A DNA stretch of 64,000 nucleotides from a virus. The stretch lies in the IMG/VR virus record IMGVR_UViG_3300044980_000048, positions 2,709-66,708 of that record; one strand, written 5' to 3'. Position numbers and translations under genes: made by a program. The notes beneath the pieces were generated by a model. It had not been told where the DNA came from and did no database searches. It was given only the letters and a program-made list of their open reading frames with translations. Positions 28,201 through 38,007 of this stretch are shown here, piece by piece (position 1 is the stretch's first letter; each line of letters begins with the position of its first letter).

Positions 28201-30329
28201 TACACTCTCCCCGCAGGAGCAGAACGGATACGAAACGCCCCTATGCGCCAGAAGGTATCAATCGTGTCGCTTTCGATTTTAATCGCCATCTGCCTAGCCC
28301 TTGTCCTTATGGTTATGTACTGCGTTGTCGGTGTAATCGTATATGGCCCGAATGTTCCTATCTGCTGACTATTTATGTCACCGGGATAGTAAGCCGTATA
28401 GATAGTTATCGTCACTCTTGGCTGTGTCGTCGGCTGTATAGTTTTCCAGACAAAATCAGGAATCAGCCAATCAACAAACAGAAACATCAAGCCTTCGGAT
28501 ACATCGAAATATCCTGTCTGTGCCATAACGCCGGTCATAGGATATATACCGGCATCGTAACCTATTTCGTGCTGGAAAATCGGATTAGCAACAGGATGTG
28601 CGTCTATAATAGAATCAAGTTCCTGTCCTGTCGCTATCGGATTTCCAAGCACGCTTTGATCAATCCATGCATAACGTACCAGATTTCCGTAATCAAATTC
28701 TCCCTCAAGGACGTTATATTTCCAATAGGAATCAATTTCGCCCGGTGTGGGATTATCAGAGTCAGTTGAAGGGAAAAAACCAGCTACTTCGTTAAACAGT
28801 GAATTTGCTCCGACAAAAATCTTATCCAGATTATTATTGTCCAGCCTGTCAAATATCCAGTCCCAGATTGGGCACGGAATTGGCGTCATGCCAGCACCCG
28901 TACTAAACTGGAAGATATTTTTCTTAGACATCCAATAGACGGTGTTATTATAAAACGTCGAACCTTTTGGCGAAATAAGCCCGCAATTTTCTCCTACCGT
29001 GTTAAATCCATATACAAAGGGATAGCCTTGATAGACCACTTGCCACAAATCCAAGTCCGTCCATACATATATGAACAACGGCCCCGCCAAGCCCCCCACA
29101 ATCATAGAACCGCGCGAAAGCCTGTAGCTACCCGCCTGATTGGTGGCAGAAGCCGTCCAATCCGTTATCACTCCTACATCGCACCAGCGAATCAGCATAG
29201 GATCTTGCGTGCCGCCAGTTTCCGCCCCCAAGATCATCACCTGTTCCTGCGGAATGGCAACAAACATACCGTTACCATATAACGGCGCGTTAGATACCGC
29301 CTGTGCGACATTTCCCGGCGCAATAGGGGGAACCCACTGATAAAGCGTGCCGCCAGTCGGGAGCACAACAAGATTCTGGCCGAAATTATCCAGAAACCAG
29401 TTACGCAAAGGCGATATATAAGAACCGCCAGCGCCTTCTCCATAAGCGCCTACACCGTAAGCCCCTGTGCCATATCCGAGTGTTGTAATATCTGAGACGT
29501 TTCCGGTAGAAAGCAAGTATTGTATCTGCACTTGTCCACCATTTTCACTGGCGGTGGCACCCGAAGTGGCTGCTGAAGTTGCGGTAATAGTGAAGTCAGT
29601 ATTGTCTATAGTTGTGGCAATTAAATATTGGCCGGAAAGCGTCAATCCACCTACCGTCGTCGGAGAGTAAATTGTATAGATGCTTCCTACGCTCCATCCA
29701 AATCCAACATATCCGCCAAGGGTGACTTTTACCGAATTGCTTGATAAAGTCGTCGTAAACAGGCTTGTAACGCCAATATCTGTATTATTGGCTCCGGAAA
29801 ATGTGCCCGGAGAGATTGTGTAGTTATTAGCATCCGTGACGCCGTTTACTCGGTAGAAGCCTTGTAACAGAACAAAATTTCCGCCTCTCCCTATATTAGC
29901 GTAAGTATAAAACGGAATGTAAATCCAGTCACCGACAACAGCGCCGTGGTTAATATCCGTGACCGTAAGATTGTCGGTAACGTCGTTGCTTGTAAAAGGC
30001 GTTGTAAGATTTGAAGTCTTACGAATAGGCGTAATGTCAGTGAGCGTGCCGGTGGAGGGCGTGTAAAGCTCAAGTCTCTGTTCGCTTCCCAGAGCCAAAT
30101 AGGCTATGCTGCTTAAATCCTCAAAGGCATGCAAACCGCGTACAGTTCCTATGGTCTGAAGAACATTAGCACCTTCATTTTCACCGCCGATCCAATCCCA
30201 GCCGCCCAGTTTTTCAAGCAGACCTTCACGAAAGCGGACTAGATTGCTGGCGGATAGCCCTGAAGTATTGGCAGTTGGCGATAATTGGGTGTTAACTCCG
30301 GGCCGCAGAGACAATTTTTGTATGGCCAC
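28200..30329 (-). CDS. Tail nozzle/stabilisation protein (P22 gp10-like)
   Basis: RPGVN...NLVRFREG..EKLGGW, DPMLIRWCD, RARQMAIKIES. Confidence 0.8.
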   Translation of the reverse strand: MAIQKLSLRPGVNTQLSPTANTSGLSASNLVRFREGLLEKLGGWDWIGGENEGANVLQTIGTVRGLHAFEDLSSIAYLALGSEQRLELYTPSTGTLTDITPIRKTSNLTTPFTSNDVTDNLTVTDINHGAVVGDWIYIPFYTYANIGRGGNFVLLQGFYRVNGVTDANNYTISPGTFSGANNTDIGVTSLFTTTLSSNSVKVTLGGYVGFGWSVGSIYTIYSPTTVGGLTLSGQYLIATTIDNTDFTITATSAATSGATASENGGQVQIQYLLSTGNVSDITTLGYGTGAYGVGAYGEGAGGSYISPLRNWFLDNFGQNLVVLPTGGTLYQWVPPIAPGNVAQAVSNAPLYGNGMFVAIPQEQVMILGAETGGTQDPMLIRWCDVGVITDWTASATNQAGSYRLSRGSMIVGGLAGPLFIYVWTDLDLWQVVYQGYPFVYGFNTVGENCGLISPKGSTFYNNTVYWMSKKNIFQFSTGAGMTPIPCPIWDWIFDRLDNNNLDKIFVGANSLFNEVAGFFPSTDSDNPTPGEIDSYWKYNVLEGEFDYGNLVRYAWIDQSVLGNPIATGQELDSIIDAHPVANPIFQHEIGYDAGIYPMTGVMAQTGYFDVSEGLMFLFVDWLIPDFVWKTIQPTTQPRVTITIYTAYYPGDINSQQIGTFGPYTITPTTQYITIRTRARQMAIKIESDTIDTFWRIGAFRIRSAPAGRV

Positions 30330-30332
30330 ACG

Positions 30333-31055
30333 TTAAACCCTCTGTTGCTCAGTTTGCGGATAATATGTAAACGGCTCGTCGGACGCAGATTGTGCCTTTT
30401 TGCGCAGTTCTTCAACATTGGCTGAAGCAAATAACGTCTTGTATTGTGTTTCCCATGACTGCGCCAATTGAGGATCATCGGACTGCTGGCCAAAATCTCG
30501 CTGATAACCAGCGGCAAATACCATACTCGCAGCAAGGAATAAATCTGGCAAATACGTGGTAAGAAACGTCGTGGGATTCCCGGCTGATAAAGGTGTGGGC
30601 CGATATGTGCCAATCTGTTCAATCGCATATGTCGAATCCGGCGCGGGTGCAATCAGCATGGTGCCATTATTTCTTAGCGCATAATATTCCGCTATACTTG
30701 GCGTTAACCCTGAAGTAGTAGAACCAATACTCCATGTGTAATTTAGAAATTCCTCGCTCACCCTGCGCATTGGATTGCGTGTACCTGCATCAGGAAGTGT
30801 GTTCGCAGGAGTAATAAAATTGGCTGAATTAAGGACGATTACGCCAGTCTGCACTGCAACCGATCTCACGCCAGCAACCGTTGTGGAAGTCGTTGATGTG
30901 ATCGTGGATATTAAATCAAGCTCGCGGTAGATTCGTTGCTCGGCATAGTCAATGATGTTGGGTAACATCTGATTTAACAATGCCTGACCATTAGGATCGC
31001 TGACTACCAGCAAGCTCTGAAGAGAACTTACATAGGTAGCGTAATTGTAAGACAT
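30333..31055 (-). CDS. Head-tail adaptor protein
   Basis: IDYAEQRIYREL, IAPAPD, PDLFLAA. Confidence 0.75.
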   Translation of the reverse strand: MSYNYATYVSSLQSLLVVSDPNGQALLNQMLPNIIDYAEQRIYRELDLISTITSTTSTTVAGVRSVAVQTGVIVLNSANFITPANTLPDAGTRNPMRRVSEEFLNYTWSIGSTTSGLTPSIAEYYALRNNGTMLIAPAPDSTYAIEQIGTYRPTPLSAGNPTTFLTTYLPDLFLAASMVFAAGYQRDFGQQSDDPQLAQSWETQYKTLFASANVEELRKKAQSASDEPFTYYPQTEQQRV

Positions 31056-31435
31056 TATTCACCTACATAAACAAAGAGCCCGTCTTCAGAAACATAGTAA
31101 GATTGGCCGTCTTCTGTATAGTATGCATCATCAATTAATTGCGAGGGTGACGCTACAGAAGTTGTTCCTTCCTGCAACTGATACCAGCCGGGGCGCGGGT
31201 CTTGGATAGGTATGGGATCAGGCGGTAGTATTAGAGGACGGAGAAATTCGGCGGGAATGTCTAAATCTTCCTCTGGAACTAATAATCGTAGATTGACAAG
31301 CTGATTCCCACACCATTGGTATTGCCAATGTAAATCTTTATGAAGATATTTAAAATTACTTCTATCCGAAATTCCCGGAGGTTCTGGGTTTTCAGGATCG
31401 GTAAAAGCTCTGCCTTGAAGGCCAGCAATGCTCAT
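31055..31435 (-). CDS. Conserved virion protein
   Basis: GISDRSNF...DPIPIQDPRP. Confidence 0.65.
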   Translation of the reverse strand: MSIAGLQGRAFTDPENPEPPGISDRSNFKYLHKDLHWQYQWCGNQLVNLRLLVPEEDLDIPAEFLRPLILPPDPIPIQDPRPGWYQLQEGTTSVASPSQLIDDAYYTEDGQSYYVSEDGLFVYVGE

Positions 31436-31444
31436 AAAACTCTC

Positions 31445-32641
31445 CTATTGAAAATATCCACCCAAGTCCGGCGTAACGTACATTGTAACCCTTTCCCGAT
31501 CTTCCGCTGCTGCTTCTGCCCAAGCCGCCTGATAATCAGCCTTCAACTGTTCACTCAATGCGGGTGCCCATTTGCGCGACAGATGCCAAGAAAACTCTGC
31601 GCAGAACGCCTCAAGGAAGCGGTATGGAATATCAGGAGTCTGCCCCATTGTCGCATCAGCATCCTGCATCTGAGTGACGCTGTAATACTGCACTTCATAC
31701 GGCCCATTGCTGTCAGGAACCTGCCATAGTGTAAAATTCTGATTCAGCGTTCTATCGTACCAATACTGCGTAGGAAAACCCTGCTGCTGCTTATTAGGCT
31801 GCGAGGCATAGTCAGTGCGCGAGAGAACGCCTAGAATGCGATCAATCAATTGCGCCCCTGTATTCTGCCCCGCAATCTGCAATTGACCGCTGTTTTCACT
31901 TACTGTTGCTCCTGTGCTTGCGGCATAGGAAGCGGTGAAGGTAAATGTGTTTGCAGTCGGCACTGTGACAATCGTGTAGCTGCCAAATAGCGTTATGCCC
32001 CCTATCGCGGTCGAAACCTGTACAACGAAAGTCTGGCCAGCAACAAAACCATGATTATTAAGCGTAACGGTTACTGTCGGGGAATTGGGAGTTGTGGTGA
32101 ATGAAGGAACCGCACCGCCAGTGACGCCCGATGTAGCATTCGCGCCTGCGTTTATAGTGAAGTCGTTTACATCAGGAACGGAAACGACTTGGTAGAATCC
32201 ATAAATTATTAAACCACCTACACTAACGTAGGTAACCATGTTAATCCAGTCGCCTACCGATAAGCCATGATTAGGATAGTTTATATTTACTGAAGAAGAA
32301 TTAAGCGTAGTCGTAAGCGTAGGCGTAAGATTTACCGGACTATTCATACTATACTGCCGCACGTAGGCATCTAGCATCATCACGGTATTTTGAGGCACGC
32401 TATAGGTCGCAACGCCTTGCACTAACGGTACAGACTGAAGAACTACTTTCCAGAGATTAACGCCACGCGAAGTCCATGAGGATAGCACAAGATTCATGCT
32501 CATGCGAGCCGAATACATATGCTCTGGCGTTAGAGAAGCACTGCGAATACCGCATCTTTCATAACATTCAATCAGAAGATCGGCGTTACTTGCAGCAAAA
32601 TTATAGGTGCCACTACTGCCATTTTGGATAGTAGCGGCCAT
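31445..32641 (-). CDS. Tail tubular/adaptor protein with two inserted beta repeats
   Basis: ECYERCG...SARMSMNL...RGVNLW, GFPTQYWYDR, DIPYRF. Confidence 0.75.
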   Translation of the reverse strand: MAATIQNGSSGTYNFAASNADLLIECYERCGIRSASLTPEHMYSARMSMNLVLSSWTSRGVNLWKVVLQSVPLVQGVATYSVPQNTVMMLDAYVRQYSMNSPVNLTPTLTTTLNSSSVNINYPNHGLSVGDWINMVTYVSVGGLIIYGFYQVVSVPDVNDFTINAGANATSGVTGGAVPSFTTTPNSPTVTVTLNNHGFVAGQTFVVQVSTAIGGITLFGSYTIVTVPTANTFTFTASYAASTGATVSENSGQLQIAGQNTGAQLIDRILGVLSRTDYASQPNKQQQGFPTQYWYDRTLNQNFTLWQVPDSNGPYEVQYYSVTQMQDADATMGQTPDIPYRFLEAFCAEFSWHLSRKWAPALSEQLKADYQAAWAEAAAEDRERVTMYVTPDLGGYFQ

Positions 32642-32652
32642 GATATTTTACC

Positions 32653-32871
32653 TTAAGTATTTTGTTTTATTTCCGGGTATTTGCTGTGAACTTTAGCGCG
32701 CACTTTAGCTTTCAATTCCGGGCTTCCAAACTGGCTGATGCGGGCAAGTGCGTTCCTAGCGTGGCTTTTATCCTCAATTGGATATGACCTGTCAGGGCCA
32801 GCAAATTCTTCGCTAGGAAGTGCATTGCGAGTCTTAGCCGTTAGTTTTCCGCCTTCTTTGAAACCGCTGTC
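32653..32871 (-). CDS. DUF6582-like basic domain, probably expressed by +1 frameshift from 32870..33226
   Basis: LTAKTRNALPSEEFAGPDRSYPIEDKSHARNALARISQ; no start of its own near the domain. Confidence 0.6.
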   Translation of the reverse strand, partial: DSGFKEGGKLTAKTRNALPSEEFAGPDRSYPIEDKSHARNALARISQFGSPELKAKVRAKVHSKYPEIKQNT

Positions 32872-33226
32872 AGGGGCCTTCTCCGGCCTTCGGGTCTTGC
32901 GACTTCTTATCCATCTTCGTACCACCGACGCGATCATGGCCTTCGCCATCACCGGAGTTGGAATACGGCGTGCGATGGGCTGCGGCGGTAAATGGCGAGC
33001 CGCCAGCGGCATGTTTGCCTATCTTGCCGCCACGCTTGGCCTTGTCAAGACGATGATGGGATTTCGCGCCATCGGCATGACCGCCCTTCTTCATCTTGCC
33101 GCCCTTTTTGAAGCCAGCTTCTTCGTTCTTCGCTTCCTTTACTTCAGGCGAGCCAACAGCATTATACTCATTGACCTTTCCGCCCTTCGCCTTCTTGTGC
33201 ATTTCAAGCTTGTGTTTTGCACTCAT
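32870..33226 (-). CDS. Small basic K-x-G-G-repeat virion protein
   Basis: AAGGAG RBS; five x-[AK]-x-GG motifs. Confidence 0.7.
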   Translation of the reverse strand: MSAKHKLEMHKKAKGGKVNEYNAVGSPEVKEAKNEEAGFKKGGKMKKGGHADGAKSHHRLDKAKRGGKIGKHAAGGSPFTAAAHRTPYSNSGDGEGHDRVGGTKMDKKSQDPKAGEGP

Positions 33227-33250
33227 ATCAGTCTCTCCTTAAAAATGTTT

Positions 33251-33904
33251 CTAGCCACGGCCTGCAATAAACGCCTGTCGGAAATTGGCCGTGACTGAGC
33301 CAGTTCCGCTATTAACGGTGACTCGCGCCATCGTTATGGGTTGATTCGTAAAATCGTTATTATTCGTCGTGATCGCATCAAATCCGTTCATGGGATACCA
33401 TGTCGGTGGATTGAGCGTGATATTCCACTGCGGCGAATAGTCATTGTAGGAATTTTCAATCGTGTAGGTCACAGGCAATGAGCCAACCGTCGTTCCCACC
33501 CCTATGCTTGCCGGGTTCACCCACTGATCAACCACCCACGGCGGCGATGAGCCTACGCCAGTCGTTCCGGCCTGTACGGTGCTAGACGTTGTAGAACTAG
33601 GGGTAATAGCCGTGACAGTGGAAAAATCCCGCACTGTCTGCGCAACAGAAGTACCAGCACCAGTAAGCGTCTCGGTCTGAGGATTACCCCAATAATCCGT
33701 TCCCGCTATCTTAAACGTAATAGCAGAATCATTGCCAGCAGAAGTAACTCCAACACGGCGAGGAACGTCAAATACGGCAATTCCACCTGATACAAGTCCG
33801 CCATTTAATGTCAGTGCTGTATTAGGTGTTCCGTTCTGTGCCTGTGCTATTCCCGAAGTGCTTGATGCGACCAGTACAAGGGATATTTGTTTTGTGAAGG
33901 CCAT
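33251..33904 (-). CDS. Virion structural protein
   Basis: PRRVGVTSAGND...GTDYWGNPQTETLTG...DFSTVT. Confidence 0.7.
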   Translation of the reverse strand: MAFTKQISLVLVASSTSGIAQAQNGTPNTALTLNGGLVSGGIAVFDVPRRVGVTSAGNDSAITFKIAGTDYWGNPQTETLTGAGTSVAQTVRDFSTVTAITPSSTTSSTVQAGTTGVGSSPPWVVDQWVNPASIGVGTTVGSLPVTYTIENSYNDYSPQWNITLNPPTWYPMNGFDAITTNNNDFTNQPITMARVTVNSGTGSVTANFRQAFIAGRG

Positions 33905-33917
33905 TCATATCCCTACA

Positions 33918-34853
33918 TTATGCCGGTGGCACTCCGAAAAGGCCCGTTGAAGAAGTCAGGTTAACAGGGCGAGGCGTCTGAAAAACCTGCAAGACGTTTG
34001 AGTAATTGGATGCGGTCTGCAATGCATAAGTGCCGCGAATGTCGCCAGTAGACGACGTTGCAGTAATCGTGCTCGATGCAGTGAACCCCGTGCTCGAAGT
34101 AATAAGGGCGATATAAGAGATAAGCACATCGCCAAAACTCTGCGCCTGTAGGGGGAAGCCGAATGTATCCTGCGTACCAGCCGATACAGAAGTAGAATTG
34201 ATACCGCCAGTAGGAGTGATGGACGTGACGAACTTAAACGCTTTCTTGCCAAGCAGGATAGAACCAGTGGACGTAGCAGTACCCGCAAGGCTCTCCGTCT
34301 GAGGATAGCCGTAAAGGTCATAACCACTTACTAAATACGATCCTGTGCTATCCGCACCGTTCGTCTGAATACGCACCGCACGGGCAAGTGCCTTGGTAGG
34401 ATCGTAAAATGCCACAGCGCCAGTAGTAGACGTGCTAAACTGAGTATTCTGATAAGTCTGTATACCCGGAACGCCGTCAAGCGCAATGGACTTTGCAGGC
34501 ACAATATTAAGCGACGGATAGACGGTAAGCGCCGTCGATAGCACTGTCATACCCGTGGAGCTTTGCGTAGCAAGCGTAAGAGCCGTTCCCGAAGCCGGAG
34601 CCTGTGCAGCAGCTATGATGCTCGTTGATGCCGTTGAAGGTGTTGCATTGATCGTCGGAATAGATGTGTTGCTCTGGAAGCCCAATATTTCCGGCGAATT
34701 GCTAGGACGGTATCCCCACCGCATGTCAACCATTCCAGCGCCACCGTAGAAGATGCTCGGATTTGGCGTGGAATTATAATCGGGAACATAGTTATTAATC
34801 GGCGGATTCTGCCCGTAAGCTATAATTGGGCCGGGAGTTGCATTTGCGGTCAT
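33918..34853 (-). CDS. Virion structural protein, Ser/Thr-rich
   Basis: SGYDLYGYPQTE...GKKAFK...GDIRGTY; immediately after the capsid gene. Confidence 0.7.
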   Translation of the reverse strand: MTANATPGPIIAYGQNPPINNYVPDYNSTPNPSIFYGGAGMVDMRWGYRPSNSPEILGFQSNTSIPTINATPSTASTSIIAAAQAPASGTALTLATQSSTGMTVLSTALTVYPSLNIVPAKSIALDGVPGIQTYQNTQFSTSTTGAVAFYDPTKALARAVRIQTNGADSTGSYLVSGYDLYGYPQTESLAGTATSTGSILLGKKAFKFVTSITPTGGINSTSVSAGTQDTFGFPLQAQSFGDVLISYIALITSSTGFTASSTITATSSTGDIRGTYALQTASNYSNVLQVFQTPRPVNLTSSTGLFGVPPA

Positions 34854-34868
34854 TTTGTGGCTCCAAAA

Positions 34869-35777
34869 TTAACTTGAAGGGGTTGAGCCGAAGAGCGACT
34901 TGCTATCATTGTAGCCCCCGCTGTAGCGTTCATAACCAATGACTAACAGGTTTCCCGTAATCGGATCAACCTGCATATCAGTCTCGTAAGGAATACGCTG
35001 CATGTAATTGAGCCCTTCCTTATCGGTACGGATGAACCAAATGTAACTGGACGTAAGGAAGTCCATCACCTGATAGCCTTCAGGCAGAAGACCCATGGAC
35101 GGAATAACGCCGATGTCGTTGTTATTAGTGCCGGGGCGCAGTTCGGTCTTGCAAAGACGCTCTGCAATGTAGCGAAGCTGGATAGGAACCACGAGTTTGC
35201 GCGCGCGGGCGAAGATTTTGGTATTCGCCTGATCGACAAACTGACGGATGATGGTGCAGCCGGATTCGATTGAGGATTCGTTTAAGTCCAACTGCGTAGA
35301 GAACGTATTGGCAAACGTGCCGCCGTCAACCGGATGCAAAGCACTCAGAAGCGGAACACCGTCACCTACAATGGCTGAATTATACGTGGTGGCGGTATTG
35401 AGGACGTTCGCCATGATGATTTCCTTGGTCTGGCGGAACGAACGTGCCAAGCCGAGGTTCATCGGATTGAACTTCTCTTTATACAGGTTATCGTCAATGG
35501 CTTTGCGGGTAATCGCGTAGCCAAGGCCGATTTCCAGATGCGACTGGTTATAAAGGAAGCGCTGACCGGCTGCGTTATCGAACTTTGTGGGGCCACCTTC
35601 ATTTTTGATTGCGGCCAGACCGAGATAACGCATTTCCTCCGAACGCTCAAGAGCCATCTTGGATACGCCCATATCGAAAACATGGGTGTACTGCGTCGGG
35701 ATTTCATCGTATTGTCCCGTGATAGCGAAGAGGCCGGGGAAGAGTAACTGTTGGATTGCTGAGATTGCTATAGCCAT
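34869..35777 (-). CDS. Major capsid protein (HK97 fold, Mu gpT-like)
   Basis: LFPGL, KNEGG, GYAITRKAIDDNLY, LARSFRQTKE, GDGVPL, ERYSGG. Confidence 0.9.
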   Translation of the reverse strand: MAIAISAIQQLLFPGLFAITGQYDEIPTQYTHVFDMGVSKMALERSEEMRYLGLAAIKNEGGPTKFDNAAGQRFLYNQSHLEIGLGYAITRKAIDDNLYKEKFNPMNLGLARSFRQTKEIIMANVLNTATTYNSAIVGDGVPLLSALHPVDGGTFANTFSTQLDLNESSIESGCTIIRQFVDQANTKIFARARKLVVPIQLRYIAERLCKTELRPGTNNNDIGVIPSMGLLPEGYQVMDFLTSSYIWFIRTDKEGLNYMQRIPYETDMQVDPITGNLLVIGYERYSGGYNDSKSLFGSTPSS

Positions 35778-35781
35778 GTGA

Positions 35782-36390
35782 TTACACTCCCGTCAGTGAA
35801 TTAATGTCAGCGGAGTTTAGAATCACGTTGACGATTGGGTTTGCCGATGTCGGGTCATTCGCAGCGCCGTTGAAGTAGCCCTGACTGAATGCCTGAATGC
35901 GGAATGGGAGTGTGTTCGTGGTCTGGATAGTAGCGCCGTCGATATAGGCCGTACTGATGCCTGAAGTCGTGGTTGGCGTCCCTGCCCCACCGAATGCCGC
36001 ATTAAGACCGATTGAGGTCTGCGTAATGGCGGTTGTTAGGTTGCCAATCTGCACTTCAAACTGCGCATCCCGATCACCGATGAACTTTCCCTGACAGGTA
36101 TTGATAAGCGCGGTAGTGGGCGCATTCCAATACTTGTTTTCGACATACCCAAGGTTGCTATCCGTGTAATAGCACCCGATGAAAATCCCAAGAACCTGAG
36201 TGTTCGTGGTGCCTAGGGTCATATAACCCTGATTAGCGCCCGTTGCTGAAACCGTCTTTACCGGATCACCAAAGGCAATCTTGTTGCTGTCGGTGTAGTA
36301 AATCTGCTTGTAAGAGATTGCGTAATTAGGCTGTGCGCCATCGTCGCGGCCTATATAACGGAAGCCAAACGGCGCAAGAGTATTGCTCAT
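35782..36390 (-). CDS. Capsid-associated (decoration/cement) protein
   Basis: NTLAPFGFR...IAFGDPV...GIFIGCYY; directly upstream of the capsid gene. Confidence 0.75.
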   Translation of the reverse strand: MSNTLAPFGFRYIGRDDGAQPNYAISYKQIYYTDSNKIAFGDPVKTVSATGANQGYMTLGTTNTQVLGIFIGCYYTDSNLGYVENKYWNAPTTALINTCQGKFIGDRDAQFEVQIGNLTTAITQTSIGLNAAFGGAGTPTTTSGISTAYIDGATIQTTNTLPFRIQAFSQGYFNGAANDPTSANPIVNVILNSADINSLTGV

Positions 36391-36417
36391 GGCAAAATTC
36401 CTCTGCTGAGAAACTTT

Positions 36418-36436
36418 TTACCAGAGCGCCCGGTAA
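36418..36436 (-). promoter_or_regulatory. GCGCU-pentaloop hairpin
   Basis: TTACCGG[GCGCT]CTGGTAA on the - strand. Confidence 0.6.
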
Positions 36437-36467
36437 TACATTTCGGGGGTTAAACCTTTGTGGCCTT

Positions 36468-36492
36468 CAAGAATCTGAGCGCCAGACTCTTG
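36468..36492 (-). promoter_or_regulatory. GCGCU-pentaloop hairpin
   Basis: CAAGAGTCTG[GCGCT]CAGATTCTTG on the - strand. Confidence 0.65.
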
Positions 36493-36498
36493 TAAACT

Positions 36499-37044
36499 TT
36501 AGGCAGGAATAATGGACGGGTCTGCGGGGCCGTATTCCTGCGTTATCTTGGCGATCTTGTCCAGCTTGCCGCCTTTGCGCGGGAACAACGTATCGCCTTC
36601 TTCCTGTATCTTTTCCAACTGTGCGCCGATTAAGGCGGCGTTGGCTCTTTCTTCTCTTTTACGTGTCTGCTGTCCATAATACACGTGTCTTTCCATTAAT
36701 GCAAGCCCATTAATGAGAATGATCTTATCTGCCGGATCGTCGGTGGCGCATTCAGGATGCCTGTCACGCGGTACGAATGTCCATCCGAGGCGTTTCATAT
36801 CGGCCTGATGTTTGCGCGCTTCAAGGCCAACATAGGTCATGAGTTTTCCGTGATATTCAAATTCGGGCGGACGCAGGGCTTCGTCATAACCGAAGTAGTC
36901 AGTCACCTGTCCTACCTCGTTGATAGCGTCCACCACTCGCGGATCAGGACGGAATTCAGCGCGTAAATCAGGGCGCGGCGCTTCCTCACGTATAGCGGGA
37001 CGCTCACCACTTAAGCCAAGTTTAGTTTTCTGTGTGTTTTCCAT
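36499..37044 (-). CDS. Conserved head-module protein
   Basis: GWTFVPRDRHPE...INGLALME. Confidence 0.7.
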   Translation of the reverse strand: MENTQKTKLGLSGERPAIREEAPRPDLRAEFRPDPRVVDAINEVGQVTDYFGYDEALRPPEFEYHGKLMTYVGLEARKHQADMKRLGWTFVPRDRHPECATDDPADKIILINGLALMERHVYYGQQTRKREERANAALIGAQLEKIQEEGDTLFPRKGGKLDKIAKITQEYGPADPSIIPA

Positions 37045-37049
37045 TGGGA

Positions 37050-38003
37050 TTATCCTTCATACACGGGTTTGCCAGCGGCTTTCGCTGCGAGTTTGCCTTC
37101 ATAGTATTTCTTCTGGGCTTCGGCTGCTGTGAGTTTCGGGAACATGGCAACGGCATGTTCCGCCTCAATTGCGGACAAGCGATTATCGCTCTGAGTGCGT
37201 GTGCTAGACATGGTGTTATTTCCTCTGGATGGCGGGGCAGCTACCCGGCTGGATGATACTTTCGTAGGCTGCGGTTCAATGTCAATGTGCTTGCCGTTCG
37301 TCTCTTGTGTATCTCTAGCGGGCGGCGGTTTATCATCAATATTTTCGTTGATGTAATTGAAATATTCATCGCTCTCTTCCGTGATGCCTTCTGCCACAGC
37401 CAACTGGTGAAGATAGTTAGCTTTCGCCTGAAACTTGTTATCCGTCAGGTACTGCGGGTGATGGCGAATCCATTCGCGCACACGGGGTTTGAAACGTTCA
37501 AGCGATGCCTCAAGTGGATCGGCTGTTGCAGTGGGCTTTGGCTTCGCGGCTTCAGTGGCTTTGAACTGCTCAAATTGCTGCTTGCGGCCTTCCCATGCGT
37601 CAATCTTGGTCTGGGCCGAGGCAAGCTGGCGGGCAATCCGTGCGGCATCAGCGAATTTGCCACCTTCCTGCGCAGCGATATATTCCTTTTCCAAGGATTC
37701 TGCCTGCGAGGTAGCCGCCGCTATAGCGTTAGTTATGGCAGTTTCTTCAGCGGCAAAGCGGTTGCTGGTTTCCGTCTGCACCTGCCGGTTAGCCTCATTG
37801 CGCTGTGTTTCGGCGGAATTGGCGCGAATCAGGGCTTCTGCCTTTTCCTTCTTTGTTTTTTCAAGTTCTTTGCGAAGATTCTCAAGTTCCGAGTCATTTA
37901 CGGAAGGCTCGTCTTCTTTCGGTTTATCCACGGCACGCACACCTTTGAATACTACGTCATCATCGTCTTTGTCATCTTTCTGAGCGCCAGAAGATTCAGC
38001 CAT
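37050..38003 (-). CDS. Scaffolding protein
   Basis: Acidic N-terminus, coiled coil, SDEYFNYI, VAAPPSR; between portal and capsid genes. Confidence 0.75.
   Translation of the reverse strand: MAESSGAQKDDKDDDDVVFKGVRAVDKPKEDEPSVNDSELENLRKELEKTKKEKAEALIRANSAETQRNEANRQVQTETSNRFAAEETAITNAIAAATSQAESLEKEYIAAQEGGKFADAARIARQLASAQTKIDAWEGRKQQFEQFKATEAAKPKPTATADPLEASLERFKPRVREWIRHHPQYLTDNKFQAKANYLHQLAVAEGITEESDEYFNYINENIDDKPPPARDTQETNGKHIDIEPQPTKVSSSRVAAPPSRGNNTMSSTRTQSDNRLSAIEAEHAVAMFPKLTAAEAQKKYYEGKLAAKAAGKPVYEG
37974..37995 (-). promoter_or_regulatory. GCGCU-pentaloop hairpin in the first codons of the scaffold gene
   Basis: ATC-TTCTG[GCGCT]CAGAA-A-GAT on the - strand. Confidence 0.55.
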
Positions 38004-38007
38004 AAAA

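Noticed and set aside
32872-33012. Independent ATG start (MPLAARH) for ORF 32653..33012
   Set aside because: Buried in the upstream gene, no convincing RBS, and the first 47 aa look like off-frame sequence; a frameshift explains the domain better.
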